A stretch of 60,136 nucleotides of DNA, the filler included. It is 5 parts of 5 records of this genome, joined end to end, with 100 filler letters (N's around TTAATTAATTAA, not from the genome) between each part and the next. Parts side by side here need not be neighbours in the genome. Positions count along the whole stretch, not along the records: positions 40,037 to 60,136 come from DRR723986_13730; 4 more parts are not named here. The stretch is one strand, 5' to 3'. Made by a program: the position numbers and the translations under genes. Shown here piece by piece: positions 47,663-56,940 of this stretch (position 1 is its first letter; every line of letters begins with the position of its first letter). The notes below the pieces were generated by a model. The model saw only the letters and a program-made list of their open reading frames with translations, ran no database searches and was not told the DNA's origin.

Positions 47663-48502
47663 ATGTCAGGCATGAAAGAACAAAATCGCCACAACATAAA
47701 GACCATACTGGAGGATGTACCTCCGGGGTTCTACGTGGATTCCAAATGGCTCAAAGCCCAAGGCATCACTCGGTCATCCGTCAGTGACTATACCGTAAAT
47801 GGTTGGTTGGACCATGTGGCACATGGTGTTTATCGCCGCCCACTGTCGTCCAGCTTTGAGCAAAGCGCCATTGAAGACTGGCAGGTCCTGGTTCTGTCCC
47901 TGCAAAAAATCATGGGTTACACAGTGCATGTTGGCGGGTTGACCGCTTTGAAGCGGCAAGGCCATGGCCATTATGTTTCTCTGTCTCAGGAAAAAGATGT
48001 GTTTCTTTATGCCGAGAAGCTGCCTGGCTGGGTCGCTAACGTCCCTCTCAACGCCCCTCTGACCATCCGCAAACCCAATCTGTTCACAGCAGGCGCACAA
48101 GGTGTGCAGCAACACAGCTCGCCACAAGGAGACGCGCCCTGGTGGCAATGGTCTCTCCTATCTTCCAGTCCCGAACGCGCCATCCTTGAGGCGCTGAATG
48201 AACTGCCGGACACGGTCACATTCCATACCCTCGACATGGCCTTCCAGGGGTTGGTCAATCTCAGCCCCCGCAAGCTTGGCCCTCTGTTGGAGGCCTGCAA
48301 GAAGGTGCAGGTGAAGCGCCTGTTCTATGTTTTTGCAGAACGTCACAATCACGCATGGTTCAAACATCTGGACAAGTATCAGGTGGATCTTGGCAAAGGC
48401 GACCGTTCTTTTGTGAAGGGTGGCAAACTTCACCCCAAATACCGCATCACGGTGCCACCTGAGTTCCTGCCATCCTCCACGGAGGCACAAAATGAGTTTT
48501 GA
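47663..48502 (+). CDS. Type IV toxin-antitoxin AbiEi-family antitoxin
   Basis: GWLDHVAHGVYRRP, HVGGLTAL, SSPERAILEAL, VKRLF, GGKLHPKYRITVP. Confidence 0.9.
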   Translation: MSGMKEQNRHNIKTILEDVPPGFYVDSKWLKAQGITRSSVSDYTVNGWLDHVAHGVYRRPLSSSFEQSAIEDWQVLVLSLQKIMGYTVHVGGLTALKRQGHGHYVSLSQEKDVFLYAEKLPGWVANVPLNAPLTIRKPNLFTAGAQGVQQHSSPQGDAPWWQWSLLSSSPERAILEALNELPDTVTFHTLDMAFQGLVNLSPRKLGPLLEACKKVQVKRLFYVFAERHNHAWFKHLDKYQVDLGKGDRSFVKGGKLHPKYRITVPPEFLPSSTEAQNEF

Positions 48503-49409
48503 ACGCTATGATGCGCAGGTCAGACTGCTGATGCAGGCCTTACCATACGTGGCAAAGGAAGAGGTGTTTGCCCTTAAGGGTGGAACCGCCATCAACCTGT
48601 TTTATCGCGACCTGCCCAGATTGTCAGTGGATATCGACCTCACCTACCTACCGCTGCAACCACGCGCGGAAAGCCTGCAAGGCATTGATGAGGCGTTGGA
48701 TAGAATCGGGGCTGATATCGAGGCCAACCTTGCAGGCACACAGGCCAAACGTATCGCCGGTGGTGCAGGCGGAGACACCCGCGTACTGATCCGACAAGGC
48801 TATACAGAAATCAAAATTGAGACTTCGCCTGTCGGACGCGGCACAATTCTGCCGCCAGAACCCAAAATGGTCTCTGAAGGTGTTGAAGAGCGTTATGGCT
48901 TTGCAGAGGTTCCAGTGGTGGCCTTTGAAGAGCTTTATGCCGGAAAGCTGGTGGCCGCCTTGGACCGCCAACATCCGCGCGATCTCTTTGATGTTGAGCT
49001 ACTACTTGAGAACGAAGGTATCACCGATGATCTGTTCCGCGCCTTTCTGATCTACACCGCCTGCTCCAACCGCCCGCCGCATGAGATTTTGAACCCAAAC
49101 GGCAAAGACATCACGCGCAGCTTCGAGAAGGAGTTTGCAGGCATGTCGGCAGATCCAGTCACGCTGGATGAGTTGGTTGCGACCCGCGTAGCCCTGATCA
49201 GTGCCATTCAAAACAAGCTGGATGCGCGGGCCAAGACGTTTCTGCTGTCGCTGCATGATACCGAACCGGATTTTGTCTGCATTGGGTTTGAGCACGCAGG
49301 CGATCTCCCAGCCATACAGTGGAAGCTGCACAACCTCACACGGCTCAAGGAAGCCAATCTCAAGAAACACGCTGCACTGCGAGAAGAAATCGAACGCCTA
49401 TTTGAATAG
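48492..49409 (+). CDS. AbiEii/AbiGii nucleotidyltransferase toxin
   Basis: ALKGGTAINLFYRDLPRLSVDIDL, GKLVAALDRQHPRDLFD. Confidence 0.93.
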   Translation: MSFERYDAQVRLLMQALPYVAKEEVFALKGGTAINLFYRDLPRLSVDIDLTYLPLQPRAESLQGIDEALDRIGADIEANLAGTQAKRIAGGAGGDTRVLIRQGYTEIKIETSPVGRGTILPPEPKMVSEGVEERYGFAEVPVVAFEELYAGKLVAALDRQHPRDLFDVELLLENEGITDDLFRAFLIYTACSNRPPHEILNPNGKDITRSFEKEFAGMSADPVTLDELVATRVALISAIQNKLDARAKTFLLSLHDTEPDFVCIGFEHAGDLPAIQWKLHNLTRLKEANLKKHAALREEIERLFE

Positions 49410-49424
49410 GCCGGATCGGCTTCG

Positions 49425-50150
49425 CTACACTTCTATCCAGCGATTGGTCAGCGCCATCGCCAACGCTTGTTCTTTAGTCTTCACGTTCAGCTTCTTCTTC
49501 AACTTCGCTAGGTGCAGGTTCACTGTGGAATCCGTGATACCCAGTTTGTCCGCAATGGCGCTCAACTGGTACCCCGCCGCCAGAAGCTGAAGCACCTCCC
49601 CCTGCCGCTTTGACAGAGGTGATTTTGACCTCTCTGATTTGAGCAGGATCTGCATTCGCGTATGGGCAGCAAAAGATGCAAGGGCCAGCGTGCCACAACA
49701 TTCCTCCATACGCCGCAGAAACGGTGCTGCGTGATCCTCGAAGCCCAGGCCAACTCCTGCGCCACGATATTGGCCATCCGCATCCGGCATGGCAAAACTG
49801 ACGCTCGAGTTCTGCCCAAAATGATCTTGCCTGAACCGCGTCATTGTGCGGCTGGTATCTGTCGCAAGAGGATTGTCACGATCAAGCTCTTCCCCCCAAA
49901 GCACGCGGGGTTGGCCCGAGCGCACCGCAATCACGCTATGTGCGGTAAGCAGACCAGGAATGGTATAGTCGAACTCAACCGCCCAATCAGGAAGGGTCGT
50001 GGCACGAAAATGCTCACGTCCCGTGCCCATAAATGCATGAACAACATTGGCCCCGGCGTTCTGCGCGAAATCAATCAGGCTCTGCCCTGCCAATTCAGCC
50101 GTGGTTGCAGAGCCAACCTGTTCGACAAAATCCAAAAGAGGTAAATTCAT
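49425..50150 (-). CDS. LuxR-family regulator
   Basis: C-terminal LSKRQGEVLQLLAAG...IADKLGI..STVNLHL HTH; N-terminal ligand-binding-sized domain. Confidence 0.88.
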   Translation of the reverse strand: MNLPLLDFVEQVGSATTAELAGQSLIDFAQNAGANVVHAFMGTGREHFRATTLPDWAVEFDYTIPGLLTAHSVIAVRSGQPRVLWGEELDRDNPLATDTSRTMTRFRQDHFGQNSSVSFAMPDADGQYRGAGVGLGFEDHAAPFLRRMEECCGTLALASFAAHTRMQILLKSERSKSPLSKRQGEVLQLLAAGYQLSAIADKLGITDSTVNLHLAKLKKKLNVKTKEQALAMALTNRWIEV

Positions 50151-50249
50151 GTATTGAACCAACTAAAAATCGTAATTGTGGATTGCGCCAAATAGCGCAC
50201 AAGGAACCTACGTCCGTCAACCAACAGTTGAGCTCATCAGCACGCGCCT

Positions 50250-50975
50250 TCACAGTGCAATCCACCCGTTTGACATCGCGATGGCCAACGCTTGTTCCTT
50301 GGTCTTCACGTTCAGCTTTTTCTTCAACTGGGCCAAATGCAGATTCACTGTGGAATCCGCAATGCCCAGCTTGTCCGCAATGGCGCTAAGCTGAAACCCG
50401 ACCGCCAGGAGCTGAAGCACCTCCCCCTGTCGTTTCGACAGCGGCGACGGCTCTCGTTCCTTCGATAAAAGCAGTTGAATACGGGAATGCGCTGCAAAGG
50501 ACGCGACGGCCAGAATGCCGCAAGCCTCGTCCATGTGGTTCAAAAATGTGTCGCCCTTGTCTTCGAACCCAATTCCGACGCCCGCCCCACGATATTGGCC
50601 ATCCATGTCAGGCATGGGAAACGTAACTGAGTTGCGCTGTTTGAGCAGATCAAAGCGGCCCTTGCTGATCCGCACATCCAGTTCAGGCAAAGTCGGGTTG
50701 CTCTTGTCGAGATCAACGCCCCAGAACACTTTGGATGCGCCTGATTGGACAAGCTCCACGATTTGAGACGTACCAAACTGGCAGTCGTGAATCTCTTCAT
50801 CTAGCACTGCATGCGGGATTGTCGTTGCCCGAAACCCCTTCAGCTTTGTTTCCATAAACATATGCACCACCGAAGCGTTCCGACCTCGCGCAAGCTCGGT
50901 GAACCGCTGCCCCACCTCCGCTGCAGTCGTCGCAGAGCCCGCATCTTGTACAAAATCCAGCAAATCTAAATGCAT
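50250..50975 (-). CDS. LuxR-family regulator (paralog of the neighbour)
   Basis: Near-identical HTH; shared MPD.DGQYRGAGVG.GFED. Confidence 0.88.
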   Translation of the reverse strand: MHLDLLDFVQDAGSATTAAEVGQRFTELARGRNASVVHMFMETKLKGFRATTIPHAVLDEEIHDCQFGTSQIVELVQSGASKVFWGVDLDKSNPTLPELDVRISKGRFDLLKQRNSVTFPMPDMDGQYRGAGVGIGFEDKGDTFLNHMDEACGILAVASFAAHSRIQLLLSKEREPSPLSKRQGEVLQLLAVGFQLSAIADKLGIADSTVNLHLAQLKKKLNVKTKEQALAIAMSNGWIAL

Positions 50976-51062
50976 AAACGACCGTCAATATAAAGATTTC
51001 TCCATATTTCCACCGACGCATTCAGATGGCAAGCGGAAGAAAGACCAGAGCGAGGATACCGA

Positions 51063-52664
51063 ATGCTGAAGATGGCCAAAAATATTGCCCTAAATGTACT
51101 TTGTGCTTCAGTTTTAGCCACCAGTGCGGTGGCTGATGATAACATGGACGAGCTCGTCGGTCATTGGCACGGGAAATCAACATGTACAGGCGCTAATGGC
51201 ACCCAGATTTACGTTGCTACAGCTTCCATCCAAAAGATTGATGGAGAGTACATTTCTCAAAACACTTTTTTGACTGGCAGAGATGGCCCTTCGTCCATTA
51301 ACACTGGGGTTGGATACAGCATCTTAACCTCCCGCGAAGGCAACACGTTCAACGGTGAAATGCTTGGTTGGATACGTAAACCAACTTGGGCAACGCTTGA
51401 TAAAGCAACGGTCTTCACTAATGAACTGATCGACGGCGGCTCCAAACTCATCTCGGTCGATCCCGACAGTGCCTGCCAAATTGAATTAACACGGTCTAAC
51501 ATCCCGAGCGCTGGAGCCAATTCGTTTCCAAAAGCGTTAACGGGAGTCCACTATGTCAAGTTTGGGTTCCCTAAGACAACTATAGTGTCCACGATCGGCC
51601 CATTTGGAGCAGAGCTCATTTATGAAAAGGCTTCCAAGAAGCTTCACTGCCACTTCGCTTTGCAAGTGGAGGGAGACAATTTTAAACGTGTTCCTATACG
51701 ACCATCGAAAGACTGCACCGAGGGTGCCATCGGCTTCAAGGAACATAGGGGAAAGTGGCAGCTTCTTTACACGAATTCAGATGGCAAAGTGATTGCGCAG
51801 TACCTTAGGGAAGCAAAAAAAGATTCGGTAGCTTTATCCGGAATTGCGAGCACCGTCGCTGCTTGGCACGCATCAAGGGCCGAAAAACAAGATTTGGCAG
51901 CGGCCCTAACAAACGGTGAACGCAATAGCTCTGCATTTTCAGGAATGGGCTGGACTATTGGAGACATTCCTCTTGGGTTTGACTTTCAAACTACTATGAG
52001 CGCGGCTCAGCCTCCACAAATACTGCAGAAACAAACTTGGGTTGCCAAAACCACCTCAGTTCTTGACAAGCCAATCGCCCCACATCCCGAGTTCAAACAG
52101 TCCAACTTTGGCGTAACTGATATTCGCGCTGTTACAGATCGCTTTGTGGTAACGCCTACACATTGGCACGGCGGGAACATGGTGAAAGAAGTCTCAAGGT
52201 CGGTAAGCTCCAACAAGCCGGAGCTCATGCCCACAGAGGAAGGTTTACTCAAGGCTGTCGAAACCAAGTTCGGAACGCCGCCAAATGTTGAAAGGTCCAC
52301 CCAACTTGGATGGATGACGGGTTACTCCACAACTCACTTCGTTAACTACCCTATAAAAAATGGAAAAATCATCAACGGCCCGTGTTTCCCCTTAAATACC
52401 CGTTTCTCTGGGCCATTTGTTAAAATTGTGGATGCGTATGAAAAGGCCAAGAGTGTTATCCGACAGATAGAGACCGGAAACTACTGTGACGGGATGCTTA
52501 CTGTAACGTACCAAATTGGAAAGCTAAAACGCCTCCGGTCCTATCAGATCATCGCCCGTGATTTTCTGATGGATGCAAAGGATTATGTGAACGACATCGA
52601 AACCAAAGTGCGCCTGCTTAAGGAACATACAGAAAACCTTGGGGATGTGGCTCCAAAGCTGTAA
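51063..52664 (+). CDS. Hypothetical exported protein
   Basis: Signal peptide (..LATSAVA-DD), 533-aa ORF, six mature-region Cys. Confidence 0.75.
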   Translation: MLKMAKNIALNVLCASVLATSAVADDNMDELVGHWHGKSTCTGANGTQIYVATASIQKIDGEYISQNTFLTGRDGPSSINTGVGYSILTSREGNTFNGEMLGWIRKPTWATLDKATVFTNELIDGGSKLISVDPDSACQIELTRSNIPSAGANSFPKALTGVHYVKFGFPKTTIVSTIGPFGAELIYEKASKKLHCHFALQVEGDNFKRVPIRPSKDCTEGAIGFKEHRGKWQLLYTNSDGKVIAQYLREAKKDSVALSGIASTVAAWHASRAEKQDLAAALTNGERNSSAFSGMGWTIGDIPLGFDFQTTMSAAQPPQILQKQTWVAKTTSVLDKPIAPHPEFKQSNFGVTDIRAVTDRFVVTPTHWHGGNMVKEVSRSVSSNKPELMPTEEGLLKAVETKFGTPPNVERSTQLGWMTGYSTTHFVNYPIKNGKIINGPCFPLNTRFSGPFVKIVDAYEKAKSVIRQIETGNYCDGMLTVTYQIGKLKRLRSYQIIARDFLMDAKDYVNDIETKVRLLKEHTENLGDVAPKL

Positions 52665-52733
52665 AGCTGAAGCGGGGGTGTCTGAAATACTGGCCTAAAG
52701 ATTTTTCAAACACCTCCATCGAGGTGCCAAACA

Positions 52734-53240
52734 TCAAACAACTCGATAGATCAACCGCTCCCCTGCGACGTCGGTTTCGGTGTAATCCATAGCCAGATCG
52801 CGGGCGATTGCGTCCATGTCGATGTAGTTAGCCAGATGGTCGGGGATTTCGCCAAACAAGCCTTCATCGACAAATTGCTCCGCCAGTTCCTTCATGCTGT
52901 CCACATGATAGATTTCAACGTCAAAATCTGATGGTGCAACGGTCTCAGGATCAAAGCTGTATCCAGCTTCACCAACGGCAATAATGAACACGGTCTTGTC
53001 GTGGTCTTCCCAACTTTCACAAGCTTCAAAATACGGTCCAATGTTGGCTTGGTTGATCTCCCATGCCTTAGCTAGATCGCAATCAATATGATCCCCATCA
53101 ATGAACTGGATTTCGTATTCTTCGACGGGATCGCCGTAATCGTTGCAGTTTCGGCTTGCCTTGGCTGCATATTCTTCAAGGCTCTCAAAATAGAACCCAT
53201 TGGCGGTGATGTCATACGGTTGTGCGTGTAGTTGCGGCAT
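52734..53240 (-). CDS. ardA: Antirestriction protein ArdA
   Basis: Very acidic. LHAQPYDI.A.GFYF, VEEYEIQFIDG, ELAEQFVDEGLFGEIP..LANYID.DAIARDL; AGAGGAGA RBS. Confidence 0.85.
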   Translation of the reverse strand: MPQLHAQPYDITANGFYFESLEEYAAKASRNCNDYGDPVEEYEIQFIDGDHIDCDLAKAWEINQANIGPYFEACESWEDHDKTVFIIAVGEAGYSFDPETVAPSDFDVEIYHVDSMKELAEQFVDEGLFGEIPDHLANYIDMDAIARDLAMDYTETDVAGERLIYRVV

Positions 53241-53265
53241 TGTCTTGTCTCCTCTTCTTTGTTCT

Positions 53266-53403
53266 GACGGGTTGCGCATAAACCCGTCTGGCTTCCGCCG
53301 AGGAGCGGGGGTGCAAGGATCAAAGGTGCGGTCACGCAGGACCAGAACCACGCGCAGGTGCAGCACAGCGAACCGAGCATGGCGAGGACCCACCCTTTGA
53401 TCC
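53266..53403 (-). promoter_or_regulatory. Structured leader upstream of ardA (ssDNA-promoter/CUP-like)
   Basis: Hairpin GACGGGTT-N7-AACCCGTC; long-range stem GGATCAAAGGTG (53317) / CACCCTTTGATCC (53391). Confidence 0.5.
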
Positions 53404-53731
53404 GCGTGGGGGCGGCAGCCCTAGTTGTCATGGGGGTATTGGGGGAGAAGACGATCTCCCCTGATTGGCGATCAATCACCACAGGATTGTGCATGGCTTG
53501 GTGCAGGTGGAGAGGTCAATTCTCCAAATCCTGCGAGTGGGTCACAAAGGGGCGGCGATACGCCCTTTGGTCGGGTTCAGCTTTGACAAGATGACGGCAT
53601 TCAATCCGCGCAGGGTTGATTTATGGGGTGTTGGGGAGAGATGAATTCTCCCCGACGAGGGATCAAACACAGATATGTTTGCATGGTCGTGACTGGCTCA
53701 ATGCCAATCTCGGCCATCAGCTTTGGGGGAT

Positions 53732-53795
53732 ACAACGGGGGAGCGCAGCAGCCCCCTTGTCAAGACGTGTGGTACTACCACACACATCTTGCGGT
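53732..53795 (+). other. oriT-like site
   Basis: Perfect IR GTGTGGTA-C-TACCACAC followed by ACATCTTGC (compare MOB-P nic YATCCTG/Y), preceded by a GGGGG..CCCCC hairpin. Confidence 0.45.
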
Positions 53796-53881
53796 AACTC
53801 GTAAGCCAAGCCCGAAGGGATTATGACCTCATTCAGAAGAACTCCGAAATCAGGTCAAAAATGACAAAACACCATCATCAA

Positions 53882-54190
53882 GGGCGGTGAGCCGCCATTC
53901 GCGGCGCTTTGTTTGAGGGACCGAACTGCGGGACCTTTCAGCCGTTCGCCGCACCTGCATCAACTCTGAATTCGCGAGTGCAGCAACCGGCATGAGGGGC
54001 GGATTGCAGTCATTAGCTGCGAGCGCGAATGCCTCATGTCAGATAGGCAAAAGCGGTCGTTCCCCCCTAATGACCCGCAACACTGATGCTGAACTTCGCC
54101 CCGAGGTCTGGAATGGGCAGATAGCAACCTTTGCAGATGCAGGACATCATCGCGGCAACACCGCCTCTAAGCGCTGCAATGCCGCAATAA
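53882..54190 (+). repeat. Array of degenerate short repeats (array A)
   Basis: GGGCGGTGAGCCGCCATTCGCGGCG, GGGACCTTTCAGCCGTTCGCCGCA, GGGCGGATTGCAGTCATTAGCTGCG, GGCAAAAGCGGTCGTTC, GGGCAGATAGCAACCTTTGC. Confidence 0.6.
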
Positions 54191-54364
54191 AACTGGTCAT
54201 TGATGGAGGGTGCAGCGAAAACCCGGTCGGATGCGGACAAAGCGCTTATGTGTTCAGTGCTCGCTGAATTGATACATAGCCTTTCATTGAGATTGGCAAT
54301 CAAAGAAAAACCCAGCAGCCGCCGCTGCCGGGTAATTAAACCGTTCTTACTTGTGGCTATGAGA

Positions 54365-54952
54365 TCATCCTTTGCTGAGGATTTCTTCGCCAAGGATTTG
54401 CATGATCTTTTGCCCATCTTCGCTGGCCCAGTTGACGGCAAGCTCTGACAAGATGGCACTGGTGGTTGTCAGCTCTACGCCAGCACGTTCCATCCGGCGA
54501 AACGCCATCTCGTCGGTCAGCACTGTGGGGGAACCAGAGGCATCCACGATCGCTGTGACATCGAAACCTTCAGATCTTGAGCTGATTGCAGGAGGGGCCA
54601 GGCAGACGTCGGTTGTGATGCCCGCCATAAGGAAATGCTTGCGGTCGGTATTGCGGCAAGCGTCGGCAAATGCGGGGTCGTCCCAACAGTTCACAACACC
54701 GGGGCGCTTGATGCGCGCAGCAAATGCTTCCGGGGCGATGTCCTCAAGATCCGGCATCAGCGGCCCCTGCATATATTCCTCCATGCTGGAGGTGAAAACG
54801 ATGGGCATGCCCAGATCAACTGCGGTGCGCGCCAATGCGCGAGTATTGGCTTTGATCAGGTCCATATCGACGGATTTCGCCCAAGCCATTGTGCCAATCT
54901 GATGGTCAATCAAGATCATGGCGGCGTTTTGTGATGTGGCTTTCTCGGTCAT
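54365..54952 (-). CDS. Isochorismatase-family hydrolase (YcaC-like)
   Basis: ILIDHQ, GPLMPDL, VNCWDD, AGITTDVCLAPPA, VDASGS. Confidence 0.88.
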   Translation of the reverse strand: MTEKATSQNAAMILIDHQIGTMAWAKSVDMDLIKANTRALARTAVDLGMPIVFTSSMEEYMQGPLMPDLEDIAPEAFAARIKRPGVVNCWDDPAFADACRNTDRKHFLMAGITTDVCLAPPAISSRSEGFDVTAIVDASGSPTVLTDEMAFRRMERAGVELTTTSAILSELAVNWASEDGQKIMQILGEEILSKG

Positions 54953-55035
54953 GGTATGTCCTTTATTTGAAGGGGGAATAGGAGTGTTGGAGGAGGAAAA
55001 GCCAATGCCGAAGACCGGCAAAGGCCGGTGAGTTA

Positions 55036-55803
55036 TCAGTGTTTGGCGACGTTTCCGCTGAACATGCCACCGCGGTAAACGGGGGCGGTTTCATCGGTTG
55101 TGAATAAGACAAGGTCAGCGGTTTCAGACGCAACAATCGACAGTGTTTGATCCGCAATCAGCAGGCTTTCCCCTTTGATCAGGGTCTGATCACCGTTCAC
55201 CGTCGCGGCGCCGTTGAAAAGATAGAGCAGACGCGTTGTTCCCAGAACGGGCGCCTCGGGTAGGGTCGCCGTCTTGCCTGCCGATAGGCGCATGTCTTGC
55301 ATCCATGTTTGACTGCGAAAACGAAGTGGGGCTGTAGCCGAAGGTCCGGCCACCAAACGCCACTCATCGTCGCTATGAGAGGTCGGGAAATCGTGGAATT
55401 GCACCATCGGCTTCAGACCTGGTTCGGAGGGACGTACGAATATTTGCAAGGCTTCGACAATGCCGCCCTTTTCAAGCACCAATTCCTCATGTTGAAACTG
55501 GTGCCCTGCGTTCATCAGCATAAGGCGTTGGTTCGACACTTCGTCTTTCAATCCCTCGGAGTCAGTGTGTTGAACCGCTCCGCTGCGCATATAGGTCAGG
55601 ATTTCATCGTCCTGATGCGGATGCATAGAAATCAACGCTCCGGGCTGAATTTTGGCCTGATCAATGCGCCCAAGGGTTCCCATGCCGCTGTCGTCGCCCC
55701 CGCGCACAAGCCCGGGATAAAGGATCTCGATCCCAAAGCCGCCACGCAGATGGCCATGTTTCGCGCCATTGCTGATCTTCACTGGTTTTGTTGTTGTGTT
55801 CAT
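55036..55803 (-). CDS. Pirin family protein
   Basis: MHPHQDDEILTY, H.DS.G, MNAG....HEE, LQIF. Confidence 0.9.
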   Translation of the reverse strand: MNTTTKPVKISNGAKHGHLRGGFGIEILYPGLVRGGDDSGMGTLGRIDQAKIQPGALISMHPHQDDEILTYMRSGAVQHTDSEGLKDEVSNQRLMLMNAGHQFQHEELVLEKGGIVEALQIFVRPSEPGLKPMVQFHDFPTSHSDDEWRLVAGPSATAPLRFRSQTWMQDMRLSAGKTATLPEAPVLGTTRLLYLFNGAATVNGDQTLIKGESLLIADQTLSIVASETADLVLFTTDETAPVYRGGMFSGNVAKH

Positions 55804-55814
55804 GGTCTTGGCTT

Positions 55815-56795
55815 TCAATCGTGTTGCTGGATCAAGTCGTTGCTTTTGGCCCACCGGTTGATCGCATCACGCGATGTGGGAGCGGGGCCAAAAAACCGTT
55901 CTTGCTGTGCGATGTCGGATACAAAGTGGCCTGTTTTGAAAAACAGAAACATTTGGATGATGTCGAAACCCAACTCTGAGAACAGTTTGACCGGGCGTAC
56001 AATCGTGCGGAAAATGAACCACGGGATTGTCCAAATCGACAGTTTTTTGCCGGTGACCTCGGTGACAATCGTGGCAATTTCTTTCTGGCTTTTGGCACCA
56101 TCGCGCCAGCCAATATCAATTGCTTGATTGTTGATCTCGTCACTCGGAAAGGCAGCCGCTTTGGCAAGATCTGCGGCAAGATCATCGGTCAGCACGTAGG
56201 ACCATTTTGTCACTTTGTCGCCCATCGCCATCATGCGACCCGACTTTACACCATCGGCGATATAGTCGGTGCTTTGGTCCAGAAATGCCGGTGCGCGGAC
56301 AAAAACATAGGGAATCCCCGCGGCTTTAATCAGATCTTCAGCCACTTTCTTGGCATGGAAATGCGGAACTTTTGAGGCAAACTCGCTGGCTACGATGCTG
56401 AGAAAAACAAACCGCTTTACCCCCGCACGGGCCACCGCCTCGATTAGGTTCTTGTTTCCAAGAAAGTCGGCTTCGATGGTTTCCTTCATGTAACCATTGG
56501 CCGAACTGACAACAACATCAACCCCCTGCAACGCCTTATCCAAAGAGGCCGGGTCCATCATATCTCCGCGCACCCATTCTATCTGCGCACCGGAGTTTTC
56601 TGGCGCGCCTTTTCTCGACATTGCGCTGAGATCAATGTCTGTTTCGAGCGCAAGGTTGGCCAGAATTTTGCGCCCCAAAAAACCCGTGGCCCCGATGACA
56701 AGCACTTTGCGGTTGGCTTTTGTGGCGGGCTGGTCGCCCTCTTGGTCCAAAGGGCGCGATGCTGCATTTGGCAAAACTGTCGATTTGATGGTCAT
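55815..56795 (-). CDS. NmrA-like/atypical SDR oxidoreductase
   Basis: VLVIGATGFLG, GNKNLIEA, HFHAKKVAED. Confidence 0.88.
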   Translation of the reverse strand: MTIKSTVLPNAASRPLDQEGDQPATKANRKVLVIGATGFLGRKILANLALETDIDLSAMSRKGAPENSGAQIEWVRGDMMDPASLDKALQGVDVVVSSANGYMKETIEADFLGNKNLIEAVARAGVKRFVFLSIVASEFASKVPHFHAKKVAEDLIKAAGIPYVFVRAPAFLDQSTDYIADGVKSGRMMAMGDKVTKWSYVLTDDLAADLAKAAAFPSDEINNQAIDIGWRDGAKSQKEIATIVTEVTGKKLSIWTIPWFIFRTIVRPVKLFSELGFDIIQMFLFFKTGHFVSDIAQQERFFGPAPTSRDAINRWAKSNDLIQQHD

Positions 56796-56940
56796 TGTCG
56801 TTTCCTTTCCATGACGGCCCGCAAGAGGCAGCATTTGGTTTCCTGCGATGAAACACGCGGTGCATTTCGTCCTTGGGGTGGAATGTACGCACCGGGTGTG
56901 TTTAGCAAAAGGCAGCATTTGAGAACAAAGGTTCAAAAAT

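Noticed and set aside
53882-54190. Integron attC sites or CRISPR
   Set aside because: No RYYYAAC...GTTRRRY pairing, no intI, and the units are too degenerate and irregular.
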